Source: Camelus dromedarius (lineage: Eukaryota). From it: DNA of 64,000 bases. The stretch spans positions 61,134,001-61,198,000 of the forward strand of contig NC_087437.1 of assembly GCF_036321535.1 (NCBI RefSeq). Direction: 5' to 3'. Below, piece by piece: positions 29,085 to 42,328 of the stretch; positions within the stretch are counted from its first letter, which is position 1, and every line of letters begins with the position of its first letter. A program made the translations under genes and the position numbers. The notes below the pieces were generated by a model. It was not told the origin of the DNA, made no database searches, and worked only from the letters and a program-made list of their open reading frames with translations.

Positions 29085-29158
29085 GCGGCTATGGTCATTT
29101 CCACAAGTGTGAGGGCACGAGGGATCCAGAGACCAAAGCAGCAGAATGCAGACACTGT
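29085..29158 (-). CDS. SLC51A: OSTalpha exon 4
   Basis: TVSAFCCFGLWIPRALTLVEMTIA; AG/GTGAGT; 74 nt. Confidence 0.95.
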
Positions 29159-29328
29159 CTGCTTGGAGAGGAGCAAAGAGCAGGTTAGGACAACGAGGGA
29201 GACTTCATGCTCACCTTTTGCTTCAAGGACTTAAGGAAGCAAAACTTAAACATTTGAGGCATCATTACTTAAAGGTGGCCAGCTGAAAAAAATAACTAAC
29301 TAAAACTTCTTAAAAAATTCAGCTGTCA

Positions 29329-29391
29329 AACTTTGCACAGTGGCAGTATTGTAGCCAATGAGGTTTATCTGAGGTGTGATTATTGCCAATT
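29329..29391 (+). pseudogene. 3'-truncated U4 snRNA retropseudogene (U4 nt 1-63) in SLC51A intron 3
   Basis: aactttgcacagtggcagtattgtagccaatgaggtttatctgaggtgtgattattgccaatt matches the U4 5' end. Flanked by the 15-bp direct repeat AAAATTCAGCTGTCA (29314-29328, 29392-29406). Confidence 0.92.
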
Positions 29392-30138
29392 AAAATTCAG
29401 CTGTCAGTTTATTCCTCGTCTAGGGTTAGAGACAGCAAGTCACTTTGAGCCAGGGGCTCTTTTGAAGACTCTCTCAACCTATATTCATGGGATAGGAGGT
29501 TAGTTTGTCTTTAGAAGTAAGTGGATCAAGATCCAACCCTTCCTTTTCAACATCCCATGTTATTAGAGCAACCCTGATGACTTGAGATGGCCCAGGCAGA
29601 TGTTATCTGGCAGGAAAGGGCCTCAAGGACTTTGTTCTTCACCCCACACAGACACAGAGCTCACCACAAGGAAAGAGAAGTCCTACCTTATGGCCTGAGA
29701 GCAAGCCAAAGAGCTATCCAATGGCTGTGGGGGAGTTAAAAGGACCTGCAATGTAAGGGTAGGGTAAGCATGACCCCATAGGGGAAAATTCTTCTCCTAC
29801 TACATGCTGAGGAACCACTGCTCTGTCTGTACAGGAATGAGGCTTGCTTTTAACAGCAGTATCATAGTGAGGGAGTAGTGAGTGGGGCTGCTGGTGGGCT
29901 GAGCAGTTTCTCTAGCTGTCTCGGTGGCTCTAAGGTTTCGAATACTCTATCCCACTGTCCGTTGATCTTCCAAGCAAGGGGTCCTGACTGCAAACAGAAA
30001 TCAGATTAAAACCCCCACCCTAAGGTGGTAGAGGAAGGCACCTCATTGCTGACTTGAATTATTGAGTTTAAAGGAATCCTCAAAATGGACCCTAGTTCCT
30101 CTCTGGTCCCTCTCAAAGAGCAGCTACCAGGCCCTCAC

Positions 30139-30293
30139 CGTGGGTGCAGAGCTCATCCAGAGAAGAGTCTTCCTCTTGATGGGGCAGCGAGTGTTCTTGT
30201 GTATGTAGACAGCATCCTCCAGGAAGATGGCGATTGAACCCAGGACAAGCAAGGTCATGATGACCGTGAGGGAAATCTCCACAGGACCCAATG
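30139..30293 (-). CDS. SLC51A: OSTalpha exon 3
   Basis: LGPVEISLTVIMTLLVLGSIAIFLEDAVYIHKNTRCPIKRKTLLWMSSAPT; AG/GTGAGG; 155 nt. Confidence 0.96.
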
Positions 30294-33200
30294 CTAGAGT
30301 GGAAAGAGAAGGCAGACTTCAGTGAGGTAAAGACCACGACTGAGGAGCAGAAGATGTAGGCTTCCTCACTTGAATCTAAATTGCTTTACCACATCTAGAA
30401 TTACCTGGTCTAGGTTCCCTTCCATGCAAAAGATGGGCTTTTTCTTAGACCTACAGATCCAACATGTGACTAAGAAATAGTCATTCTTCTGCGGAGATGG
30501 GAGACTAGACCAAATAACTACAGGTACGGTAAGGCTTACCTGAACGAGGGTATTGACACCAAACCAGTTTATATTGCAAAATTAGCAAATATTAGCAAAA
30601 ATTCTGAATTAGGAGGTCAACAGGGCCTATTCACTTTTCTATCTCATTATCAGGTGTCATGCTAGCAGACGGGGACCAATAAACATTATAATTGAAGCAG
30701 AATATAATTCATGCTTTACTTAGAGCTGTTTAAGTTTTATTTCAAAAATTATGTCACAAAACTGGGACATTAGGAAGGGACTTAAACAAATGGGTACAAG
30801 TAAAGTCTCCAAGGACATTTGACCCATGTTGGCTTCACACTTAGTCTTATACCAAATGTGGTTGAGTAGCTCTCTTTAGTGTTTATTCAAGTTATTTGAG
30901 GAGCTGTTAAAAAGTAGCTGCCCAGGCCTTGCCGTCAGGGATGCTATTTCAATAGATCTGGGATGGAACCAGTAATCTACATTTTAAACCACCTCACCCG
31001 ACAATGGCAATAGCCAGAAGATAAACATTTTAACAAACACCAGTGAAGCTACTCTGGCCTCACCATTTCTAACAGGAGAACATTAATATAATCACAGTAT
31101 TTGTTGCTGGACATGTGATTCATCAATGCAACAATTAGTTTTAAACAAAGGGTTCAGTGTCCTCAGCGACAGGAGGAGTCTGCCAACAAGCCCAGACCTT
31201 CGTTTATCTAAGTCTCTTCCCTGGTTGGCAAACTCCTTTCCACCTCCTAACTGGCTAGATGACAGGAAGAAGTTGGGGAAGACTGTCAGAGTCCAGTCCG
31301 TTGTCTTATTGCATTGGGAGTACATTATGAGAAAGGTATTGGCTGGCCTGCCCTATGTCTTGGTGACTGAGGGCAGCTCAGGCAGAGATGTTACTGCTGA
31401 CACCAAGGCAGGGAGGAAGGCGACCATACCACAGTAAAGACTTGAGTCATTGTCAGCTAGATCAGTCACACCTGACGGCACCACAAGGAGCAACCAGGAC
31501 AAAGGTGAATTTATCAAAAAATGTCATGTTGACCCTGGTTGTTCTTATTTCAGAGCACATGTTTGTCTCTGTTTCTGTTTGCTTTATCCAAGAGGCCCTT
31601 TACCTCTGACCAGAGTTAGGTCTGTGACCACTCCGGAAGACCTGCCACGGGGAAGGTGGTCCTTGGATTCCAGCTCCCAAGCTACACTTCTGAAGTCAGT
31701 GGTAAGCTTTTCCTATCACTGGCTACAAAAGACTAGGCTGTGCTATTTTCTTCCCTCCTCCCCATCCCTTCCTCCACTCCCCTCCATTTAGTTAGGTCAC
31801 AGCCCTCGCCCACTGGGTGACTAAATTACTGGCTTGGCATTGCTCTTGCTGTGTGGCTCTGTTGCCTCTTTCTTAATTACCTCTCTAGATACTGTTCCAG
31901 TAGGCTCTGCAGGTTTTAAACATTAAGAAAACTGGTTGTAGTCCTTTATTAAAAAGAGACTTTACCTTTTCCTCTTTGAAGCTTTAAAAATATAAAAATC
32001 GCAGAGAATTTTTTTTCACTAAATTTTACCCTTATGCAATAAAAATGTAGATTTTTAAAAATCATGATTGTTTTATCGTGAGATACACATAAAGCCTGCC
32101 ACATATCAAAATAATTCCAGATAGATTAAAGAGATAAGCCTTTAAAAGTCAAACAGGGAAAACTGAAAGAAGAGAAAAAGAGAGAAGTGTATTTTCATCA
32201 AAACTTTGGAAAGGGAAGATCCGCCTAAACTTAGGTGCAATCCAGGAAATCACAAAGAGAACAATGGTCAAATCTGATATAAAAAGTCTAAATTCATGAG
32301 TGTTTGAAAAACAAAAAAGGCAGCAAGCAGACTGGGGGAAGCATTTTAAATAAATGTGTACTGAGAGAGGATATTTGCTATACAAATATCCAACAAAAGA
32401 CTCATATTCATAGTATATAAAGAATTCCTCCTATCAGTAAGGAAAAGAACACAATTTTTACAAATAAAAAAAGATCTAAACAGTAACTTTTCAAAGTTCA
32501 ATTCAAATGTTCAAGAAGTATAAAAAGGTTCTAAATATCAACAGTCATCGGGGAAATAAAAATGTGAGATGCCACTATATACCCACCAGAAGGGCTGAAG
32601 TTAAACGGAATAATGATTCTAAGTGCTGGTGAGGATGAGAAACAATTGGAACTCTCATACGTTGCTGTTGGGAGTGGTACTAGTACTTTGGAAAACAGTT
32701 TGTTAGTATCCATTAAAGCTCAATATACACCTACCCTGTGACACAGAAACTGCACTCCTGGAAACATATTCAATAGGAATGAGTGCCTAGAATCACCAAA
32801 AGAACGTTCAGAGCAGCATAGTTCGTAATGGCTCAAATGGGAAATAGCCCATTATGTTCTTCAACAAGAATACAGATTAAGAAATTTTGATATATCCCCG
32901 TAATGGAATTACTGTTTGATTTTGTTTACATCAATTGAAGAATAGGGAAAATTGATCAAAGATGTGTTAGAGCTTAGGATAGTGGTCTTTGGAGGAGTAT
33001 TAACTGGGGGGAGTATGAGAGACCCTGCAGGATGCTGGAAATACTCTGTATCTTGGGCTGGATGGTGGTTTCATAGATGTACATGTAGGTAAAAATCCAC
33101 CAAATTATATACTAAAAATCATTGCCCTATAGTATGTAATTTATACCTAAAACAAACATCAAACACACATTTACATGAACAAAGCAGAATCAAAATTAGC

Positions 33201-33691
33201 ACAGTAAAATTATAATCATGTTTGAAGGATTTGATTGGGTAGAAAAAGGTAGAAAAGAGTTGAAAGGAAGAGTGAGGCACCAATATCTTTATCTTACAAA
33301 ATGGAAAGTGAAGAAGTACTGTCCATAGTTGGCACAATAAGAAATAAGCCATAGGTACAGTATATATAGCTATAAAGATAGCCAACTAAAATATTGACAT
33401 AATTATATAGAAAAAATGGAAGAGGTTGGCACTAAATGAGCTAAATCTTCATGTATTATAGAGGCGGCCACAGATAATGTCCAAAATTAATACCCCAGGA
33501 AATAATGGTAGTTTGAAGGCAACTATCAGGAGAATCATCAGCTCAAAAAGGATGAGGGAGATTAGAAATAAGAATAAATAGGGCAGGGAATTGTTGGTTT
33601 TCATTAGTAGCCCCTTTGTGCTATTTACATTTTTAATCATGTTCATATATTATTTTGATTAAAAAAAATCATTGCATGGAAAATATGCCTA

Positions 33692-33832
33692 GGGGGAGGG
33701 TATAGCTCAAGTGGTAGAGCACATGCTTAGCGTGCAGAAGGTCCTGGGTTCAATCCCTAGTACCTCCTCTAAACATAAATAAATAAACCCAATTGCTGCA
33801 CCCCCCTCCAGAAAAGAGTTAGAAAAAAAAAA
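33692..33832 (+). mobile_element. Young tRNA-derived SINE (camelid-type)
   Basis: tRNA-like head with A box (tagctcaagtgg) and B box (ggttcaatcc), A-rich tail, imperfect TSD gaaaatatgcctag / gaaaaaatgcttag. Confidence 0.88.
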
Positions 33833-34899
33833 GAAAAAATGCTTAGAAATACTAAAAAAATCAGCAATGTTGTCTTTGGGTGATAAGACTGTGGGTAGTT
33901 TTTGTCTTCTTTCTTTTACAATTATTCTGTAATGAATATACATTTTATAACAAAAAAAAATTTTTTTTAAAGACGTATTTTGCCTAATATATAAAAATGT
34001 GAAAAATTCATATGATGTCATGCATGTAAAAACAAGACATAAAATATAGTATAGAATGATTTCCACTAATGTTAAATAAAAGCATAGAAAACAGAAATTA
34101 CACTACAATATTTGCAGTGCTGGTCTTGAGTGGTGGGACCATATATGACTTTCCTTCTTTTCACTTTTCTGTATTTTCATATTTACTGAATTATTTTTAC
34201 AGTAAAAATGTTTAGTTAAAAAAATACAGACAAAAGATAAAGTCCAAATAGCAGAAACCAAAATTAATTCAGTAGATTTCTAAAATCCAATGTCCATTTT
34301 CGGAAAGGGCAGTCACTGCAGGAGGCCTCTCCTCGCCTCACTCTCCCACCCGCTCCTTGACTCTTGTCCTCATCAGCTCACTGAGAACTGATAGTAGAAA
34401 CAGCCCTTCCCAAAGCCATCAAGGCCAAAGCCTTTCCCAATCTTCATTGTCCTTGACTATTCCCTGGTCCTTGAAAACCTCCCCCCCTTGACTCGCAGAA
34501 CCACAGTCCTTCTGGTTCCCCTCCTGGCCTCTGACCCTAGGTTTCCTCTCCTGATTCCTCAACCTCTCCTACTCAGAGTGTTCTCCAAACTCAGTCACTG
34601 CATCTCGACTCATCTCTGTTTACTTGAAGTTTCCTACCACTCCTCAGCATCCCAACAACCACGTGAGCTGTTTTCACCTCCAGGATTTTATAGCGCTTGG
34701 CTTCTGCCTGTTCAGCTTTTCTCCCTGAGCTCGTGTGGCTATGGCTCCTTCTCATCACTAAGCTCTCTGCTCAAATGCCTCTCCTCAACCAGCCTCCCCT
34801 GAGTGCCCAATGTGCCGTTACTCCGCCCCTTATCTGCCCTCCACAGTGAGGTTATGTACGTATTTATTTAACTGTTTATTGTCTGTCCCCATTGAAGTG

Positions 34900-35231
34900 A
34901 TCGCAGTATAAAGGGATTAGGAAAGGATAAATTGGGAATTCGAAATTTGGGGAGTGAGGGAAATGTTAGCTATCTTGATTGTGGTGGTGGTTTTTCATTG
35001 GTGTATACATCTATCAAATTTTACTTCTGAAACATGTGTAGTTTACCATAAAGGAATCATACCATAATAACAGTGTTTAAAAAAAAAAAGATTCTGGCAG
35101 GCACGGAGATCTAATCACCTTGCCCAAGACAAACCTTACATGTAAGTTCCCTCTTATTAAAACTGCCACCTACCAAAAACAAAAACAAAAACAAAAAAAC
35201 TCACCAAAACAAAACAAACAAACACAAAAAA
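34900..35231 (+). mobile_element. L1 3' fragment plus extra polyadenylated segment, inserted into an L2 remnant
   Basis: L1-like 3'UTR, A11 at 35079-35089, 85 nt of other sequence with ATTAAA at 35156-35161, second A-rich tail at 35175-35231. Confidence 0.6.
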
Positions 35232-36385
35232 CTCAGCACAAAGGCAGGGACTTTGTCAGGCTTGTTCTCTGTTCCTTTCTCCAAGTGCCTGAACAGTAAG
35301 AGTGATTGTTGAATGAAAGAAAGGATCCCATGGGAATTCCTATTAGCTCCATTTTATAAGCTTTTTCAGTAAACTAGTCTTAGAGAGTTGAGCACCTTGC
35401 CCATGGTCACCTAGCCTGGAAGAGATGAAGCTGGAATTTAAACCAAGGGGTTCCTGATCCTAAGCTCATTTTCTTAACCATCACTCAAGCTGACTTGGAA
35501 TGTGTTCACATAGATACCGGAGGAAACGTGGAGTAACATAAGCAATCAGAGCAACTCTAAAGATTGCTTACGTTTATGAAGGTGGGGGTGAGGCAACTCC
35601 GACTGTTAACACAGAAGTGCTTTTGCACTTTATCTGCTGGCATTGGTGCTCTGTCTTTCTCACACTTGCAGTATCTACAGGCTGTTGTATCCACTTCCAT
35701 GGTGCAAAGCTGAGAGAGAGAAGTTCCTTGGCATCCATAGTCTGACACCACTACTCTACCTTAAACTCATTTCTCTTCTTGGAAGATTGTTCTCTATCTT
35801 ATTTTTCTGCATCTTAATAGGCATTACGGAAAAAAAAGTATCCTGTAGCACAAAGATTTTGGGAAACACTTTAAACAAAGTTAAACAAGTTTCTTTCCTG
35901 CAGAGTATACTGAAGTTTTAAATCTGATTTATATTGTTAATTTCCAAAAGGAGTTTACAGAAGTTATTTTTCTACAGGTTCTGTTCTCATGGAGTGCTCT
36001 TTGGGATTAGTATTCCAAGGAACGCACTTTGGGAAAATGCTTGTCTAACTGACTCATCTGAATACAATTATACCTTTAGCAACTAGCAAATTTCCCACTG
36101 TCTGTGTAATAGTGAAGATTATTTTTTAATAATGAAAACAATATAGGAATATTAAAATTTTGAAAAGTGTCACCCATAATCCTAGCTAGTTCCTAACCAA
36201 AAATTATTTTCATTTTTGCATATTTGTTTCCATAGAGGTTAAGAGCATAGGCTCTGAGTTCAAAGTAAAATTCTACTCACTGCTTGATCTACAACCTTGG
36301 ACAGGTTGTTTATCCCCTAATTAAACCTCTTAGCATGGCATGTAGTATTTGCCCGATAAAAAGTACTTTAAAATACATCCTGGTT

Positions 36386-36518
36386 GGTAGCTCACAGAGA
36401 AAAAAACGTGACAATGAATATATATATGTTCATGTATAACTGAAAAATTGTGCTCTACACTGGAATTTGACACAGCATTGTAAAATGATTATAAATCAAT
36501 AAAAAATGTTAAAAAAAA
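36386..36518 (+). mobile_element. Young 5'-truncated L1 3' end
   Basis: Closely matches the reverse complement of part of 98-288; AATAAA + A tail; TSD CATCCTGGTT (36376-36385, 36520-36529). Confidence 0.85.
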
Positions 36519-37919
36519 CCATCCTGGTTAAAGTGCATACATATTGTATTACTGCAATCACACTGTAAAATTTAGTATTCTGGTTTCTTTAATCTAACAT
36601 TTCATCACAGCCTGTCAAAAATGACTTTTATAATTTCTTTAATTATAAAAATTTTTAAAATATCAAGGATAATAGAGCAAACATTAATATACTGATAATC
36701 CATTTTAAGGAATGTTACGATATTGCCAATTTTGCTTCAAAAGTTATTCTTAGAAAGATAAAGTGTTACAGATATATTTGAAGGTCCGTAAATATACCTC
36801 CTGGATCCCTTTCTCTTCCCTACCTCACCTTCCAGGGCTAACTACTATTCTGAAGTTGGTTTGTATCTTTTCCTGAATGTTTTAATTTTTCACAACGTAT
36901 GTACATACTCAACATATTATATTGCTTTGCATTAAAAAAAATCTATATAAATGGCATTATTTCGCAAAATGCTTTTCTACTCAACCTTATTTTCATGGTT
37001 GTTACTATTTTCATTATGACAAACAAATATTACCATAAACACTCTTAGATGTGTCTCTTTGGCATGTATGGGAGAGCTCCTCTATTCTTATACCTCGAGT
37101 TAGAATTGCTGGGTTGTAGGACATGAGAATCTTCAGTGTTAAAGGTGTCTAATTACTCTTCAAAGTGGTTATACTAATTTATACTCCCACCAGCAGTCTA
37201 CAAGGGTTTACAGTTCCTCTCAAATTCACCATCACTTGAAACTATCAGACTTTTAATTTTTACCTTTAAGAGAACAGTGAAATGATATTTCATTGTTTAA
37301 TTTGTGGTTTCATAATGCCTAACAAAAGAGATCATCTTTTTGCATATTTATTGGCCATTTGGGTTTCTTCTTCTAGTATGACTTGTCTGTTCATATATCT
37401 TATCTAATTTTTATTGGGTAATTTTTCTTATACTGACTAATCATCCTTGTTAGTTATAAAGCTTGAACCTATCTTCTCCCAGTCTTTGGTTTGGCTTTTA
37501 ACATTGTTTATGTTTTCAGTTGTATAGAAGTTTGCTTGCTTTATGTAGTCAATCTTCATGATCATTTGTGCCTTCTTGAGTTTTATTTAAGAAAGTATTC
37601 TCTACTCCCAACCATAAAGATATCTTTCCATATTTTCTTTTGTAAAAATGTTTGCACTTTATACTTGGTACTTAATATACCTGAATTAAAGCTAGGTTGG
37701 AGCTATTTTTATGTTTATTTATTTGCCATAAGGACAGGCAATTGTCCAGCATCACTTCTTGAAATGTCCATTTGCCCCACTGAGGTGTGTAGCATCCTTT
37801 CATATAGCAAGTCCCCAATGGGCACATTGGTCTATTTCTGAGCCCACTATTCTATTTCATTTCTCTACTTGTCAGGCCCCTTGCAGTTATTACCCTATTC
37901 CTTTAATTATTCTAGTCTT

Positions 37920-38081
37920 TTTTTTTAATTAAAAATTTTTTTAATTGTTTTTTTTTTTTTTTTGAGGAGGGAGGTAATTAGGTTTATTCATTTATTTATT
38001 TTTAGAGGAGGTGCTGGGGATTGCACCCAGGACCTCATGAATGCTAAGCATGCACTCTGCCACTTGGGCTGTACCTTCCCC
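37920..38081 (-). mobile_element. Young tRNA-derived SINE (camelid-type), inside an old L1
   Basis: Reverse-strand relative of 33692-33832; TSD TCTAGTCTT (37911-37919, 38082-38090). Confidence 0.88.
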
Positions 38082-39037
38082 TCTAGTCTTCTTATAAGCC
38101 TTAATCTCTGGGAGGGCATGCTCCTTCCTTGCACTTTTCAAGATTGTCTTGGCTTTCTTGGACCTTTACTCCTCCATATAAATGTTTGGATCAGTCCAGT
38201 AAAAAAAAAAAATCCTATAAGGATTATAATTGCAATCATATCACGGCATTTCAAAAACAGATTATTGAAGGATTCAATAATTCATCCAGAACAGCTTTTT
38301 CTTAGATGGCATTTAGTTTAAGGAACAACAGAGTTTATAAATAAAGGAGGAAGACACACCCTCCAATTGGCACCTCTTCCTGACTCTCCTATTTCTGTCA
38401 GTGTCGTCACCGCTGTCCAGATTCTCTGAGTCATCGTTACAGTCTCTTATTTCCTTCATTTATCTTGTCAAGATATTTACCAGATTGCCTATATTTTCTA
38501 AACTTGTCTTTTTTTCCCTGACACTGCTCTGGCTCAGACTCTTGTCCCTCATGCTTCCTAGGGCAGTAACCTCCAATTTATATCTTGGCTTCTCAAAAAT
38601 CTTCCTCAAAGTCCATCTTGATTACTGATTAATAATGGTCCTTAAGCACTATCCAGCCCCTCCCAATCTCAGAGCCCTCATCCACTCCTCTGCCTGCAGG
38701 ATAAAGTACAACTCCTCTGCCTGACACTCAGCAGGCTCCACCTTACCTTCCCAGCCCTCTCAATTGTCCCCAGCTTCCCCACCAGTAACTTTGAATCTTG
38801 TGAGATCCAGCTCCTCAGTGTCTGGAGAAACTGCCTACTCATTCTGTCTCCACTCCAACTCCAGCAGTGCCCGGTCTTCACTCTCCAACTGCTACCCACT
38901 CCAACCTGGGAACAAAGCAGTACGCCAGACCACCACACCCAGAACCCAGAATGTTCTCCCTGCTTTGAACATCCTGAGTACTTCTATTTGCACATTTTGT
39001 AGCAAAGCCATGGGAGATCCATTTTCACTGTGTAAGG

Positions 39038-39238
39038 CAGGGTTTCTCAATCTCAGCATTAATGACACTTTGGCCCAGATAATTTTTTCTTGTGGGGACT
39101 TTCCTTTGTTTCCAGGGCAACATCCCTGACCTCCACCCACTAGACAGCAGTAGCACCCTCTCATGGTAGCAAATGAAACTGCCTCCAGATGTTGTCAAAA
39201 GTCTTCTGCGGGACAATATTGACTGATTGAAAATGCTG
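39038..39238 (+). mobile_element. hAT-Charlie MER20-like DNA transposon
   Basis: CAGggtttctcaa ... ttgaaaatgCTG terminal inverted repeats, about 200 bp, MER20-like interior. Confidence 0.7.
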
Positions 39239-40208
39239 GGATGAGGGAAGTCTTGTACCATCAGCCGCACCTTTTAAACAAGAGGTCCCTGGAGGTGGAT
39301 GTAGCATCTGCCTACTGGCATGAGCCACAGAGCAGCCACAAGGCTTCTCTGGACACCCTCTGGCAGTTCGTATTCACTCTGGTTCACAGCATCTGAAACG
39401 AGGCTAAGCAATGTCCGAGGCTATGCCCGTGCCTGCCTCCTAGTGCACACTGATCACATCCTGCTGTTCAGTAAGTCTACTTCTTAAGGTGACAACATCA
39501 AGAAGGAGCCTGGGAAGGCATTAGGGATGCCAAAGAGATATAGACGCCTATACATCATGTCCAAGAGGTAGTTGATCGTGCAGTAGGAAAACAAAATTAA
39601 ATTTGAATGTGAGCCACATTCGCTATCAAGATGCTAGGTTATTTGATTGTCATTTTTTAGATGTTCAGGGAATAAACAGAGTCCCTTCCTCTGCCTTTCA
39701 ATTTCAAAAGCAATTCAGTAATAGGATCTACTAGGCCAACACTGTCACAATACTTTTATAGGTTCACCTAAGTTTTAAGAACATTATTCATAATAACCAC
39801 CTCTCTAAAATGATATAGACCCTTTCTCAAGGAGGCTGTTGTGCAGGCCTCAAGGGGATTCTATGGGGCTGGGATCATTTGGGCACCAACCTGAGTCCCC
39901 GTGTGGCCCTGGGGTCTGAAAAATGCTCCAGGTTAGTGTCCTCAATTTGAATTGGGGAGGCCCAACCTGCAGGTTTGTCTCTGGGCCAGGTGGTCACACC
40001 CCTCTTTTGGCCTTTTGGCTCCTCAAAGAGTTGATCTCCCAGGTTTTTACCATGATAGACAGACACTAGACACACTTCCTCCCAGACCCTCCAGGCCAGC
40101 CAGTTCAGGACTACCTCTCCTTAGCTCCTCTCAGCTGCCCTGACTCCTGCTGGGATGCTCATTTTTCTCTCTGATTTCAGGTCCCTCTGGGGAAGGTCCC
40201 TGACTTAC

Positions 40209-40303
40209 CTCTCAGAAGTTGGGCTGCAGTGGGAGGGTAAGAGAAGCAGGCGGCGGGAACGCTGTAGTTGGTTTTCAGTATCTCCAGAAGATCTGCTGTG
40301 TAC
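40209..40303 (-). CDS. SLC51A: OSTalpha exon 2
   Basis: YTADLLEILKTNYSVPAACFSYPPTAAQLLR; AG/GTAAGT; 95 nt. Confidence 0.96.
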
Positions 40304-40911
40304 CTGGAGAGACACCAGCCTACAGTCAGGGGGCTTGGGGAGTGGGGAGGTTAGTAGAAGGGACGCCAGTAGCTCGATACTCCCTCAAACACTCCTGGGT
40401 TCAGGGAGCTTGTCCATTTCCCCTCAAGACCCTGATTCTTAGAGGGAATGGAAAATTGGCCCAGGCTGGTGTGAATGGCAGGCTGCCACCTAGGCCATGG
40501 GCAGGTCTGGCTGCAGTGCTCAAAGAGCTTCATTGGGGCAGCAGCCCAGGTAGGGACTGGCTAGGGAGAAAGAGCCGGTCCCAGGGAAACAGTGGACCCT
40601 TAGTACCAGGAACAGGTCCCCACCTGATCAGGGCTCTGTGCATGCCTCCCATCTCCCTCATCTCTGGGCTCTTTCTCTCCCTGGCTGGGGGCTAAAGCTA
40701 AGGCTCTGAGGGGTCATACACCAGCCCAGCCCCACAGTATCCCTAAGGACCTCCTGGGATGGCCTGACCATTATTAGTCTTGTCTCATTCTGTGTGCTGG
40801 GATCCAAAGGACCCTGGGAGGGAGGATGAGAGGGAGGGACAGGCCAGAGTGATAGGGCCCCCTGCTGCTTAGCAATTGCCTCCTGGCTCAGGGCCTGCCA
40901 CCCGCACTCAC

Positions 40912-40949
40912 CTGGGGTCAAGCTTTATCTGAGTCCTGCCTGGCTCCAT
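40912..40949 (-). CDS. SLC51A: OSTalpha exon 1, coding part
   Basis: ATG at 40949 (acgATGG), MEPGRTQIKLDP(R), donor GTGAGT; 38 nt. Confidence 0.96.
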
Positions 40950-42328
40950 CGTATTCCTTTCCTCTCCAGCGAGGGGCAGGCAGGTCGGGGGCCCTGAGGG
41001 AGGCGGCTCCTGCTGGCTGTGCTGCCTGCAGGACTGGGCTGTGGGTAGGTGGAGTGGCTGAGTCTTCCCCTCTGGCTCTCTCTCCTCAGGCCTCCCGTGC
41101 CCACAAGTTTCTATCTCAGAGTTCACCCCAGAGGAATTTGATCCCCTTGCTGGCTGAGTTCCCTGGCTTCTGACTCCTCCCTGTCCTTAGGTGTGGCCCC
41201 TCCTTTCTTCCTCCCACAAATGCCTTTGGCCACCCCTTGCCCCGAGCCGGCCCTCATCCTAACTTTCTCCTAAGGAACCTTCTAGGGTGGTGGTAGAGAC
41301 AAAATTCTTGATCTTCCCTGCAATACCCCTGGTCAGCAACCCCCCCTCCCCGAGAACCTGACTGGAACTGAGGCTCTGTCCCCCTGGAGATGGAAGAGTC
41401 AGGGCTGAGGCCTTGATTATGTTGATGCTGTTACCTTGGTGTGTGGAAGGGTGGACCAGATGGTGCATGAGGTGCATGTGGGTTTCCCAGCCCACAACAA
41501 CCTGATGACAGGCTTATGCAGCCAAACCGCCCCCGAAGATGCAGCAGATGAGGAGGAGGCTGTATTTAAGAGGCAGAGTTGCTGAGTGAAATTTCCGAGC
41601 GTTTTGACAGATCTTGAAAAACTCTGCCAAATTATGTGCTTGTGAACTATTTTATTGATTGGTAATTTCTCTTTTCAAACAAATTTAAACTTATTTGAGG
41701 CCAAACTTAGTACCTCTAGGTTCCCAGCACAGCGCCTCACACATTCTAAGTGCTCCTTAGATTTGGTTCCATGACTGATAAAATAGTAAAAATCTCAGCA
41801 ACAGTAGCTAATGTCTACTGAGCATTTATGGTACACCAGGTCCTGCAGGAACCGCATCTCATTTAAACCTTACAATTACTCTGATAAGGTAAATGCTACC
41901 TTTATTCCAATGTTACAGATAAGGAAACTGAGGCTCAGAGAGATTATGACACCAGGTTGGAGGTGAGGCAGAAGGGAACTGCATTAGGGATTCTGTTGAG
42001 GTTTGTGTGAAGTTTTTGATAGTAAAAAAAAAAAAAATCCCCATGAGATGGTCAGGAGAGTCAGTTCTGGGAAGGCAGAGGAGGCTCCCTGCTCTGGGTT
42101 GGTGAGTGGATACACAATCAGAGGAAGCACTTATTGATGTGGTACCAGGAGGACTCCCTGCTCCTGTCCCAAAGCACCTCAAAATATTTCTCAAGGGTCA
42201 AGCTGAATCCTCTCCTTCTTTCACCCCTGCCCTAAAGTACAGTTCCCTGGACAGGACAATGTAGTGATCCAGGAGTCTCAGGGGCCAATTACCTCCTAAG
42301 GTGGAGGTGAGGGCACAACAGTAAGACA

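Noticed and set aside
33692..33766. tRNA-like sequence
   Set aside because: Followed by a SINE body, A-rich tail and TSD, with a second copy at 37920-38081. It is a SINE head, not a tRNA gene.
39271..39392. Possible 122-nt cryptic exon on the minus strand in SLC51A intron 2 (tttcag|...aag|gtgcgg)
   Set aside because: Contains an in-frame TAA, has no similarity to OSTalpha, and has no support beyond plausible splice dinucleotides.
40950..41126. Open frame extending 59 codons upstream of the SLC51A ATG
   Set aside because: No upstream ATG; the annotated ATG has good Kozak context and matches the known N-terminus.
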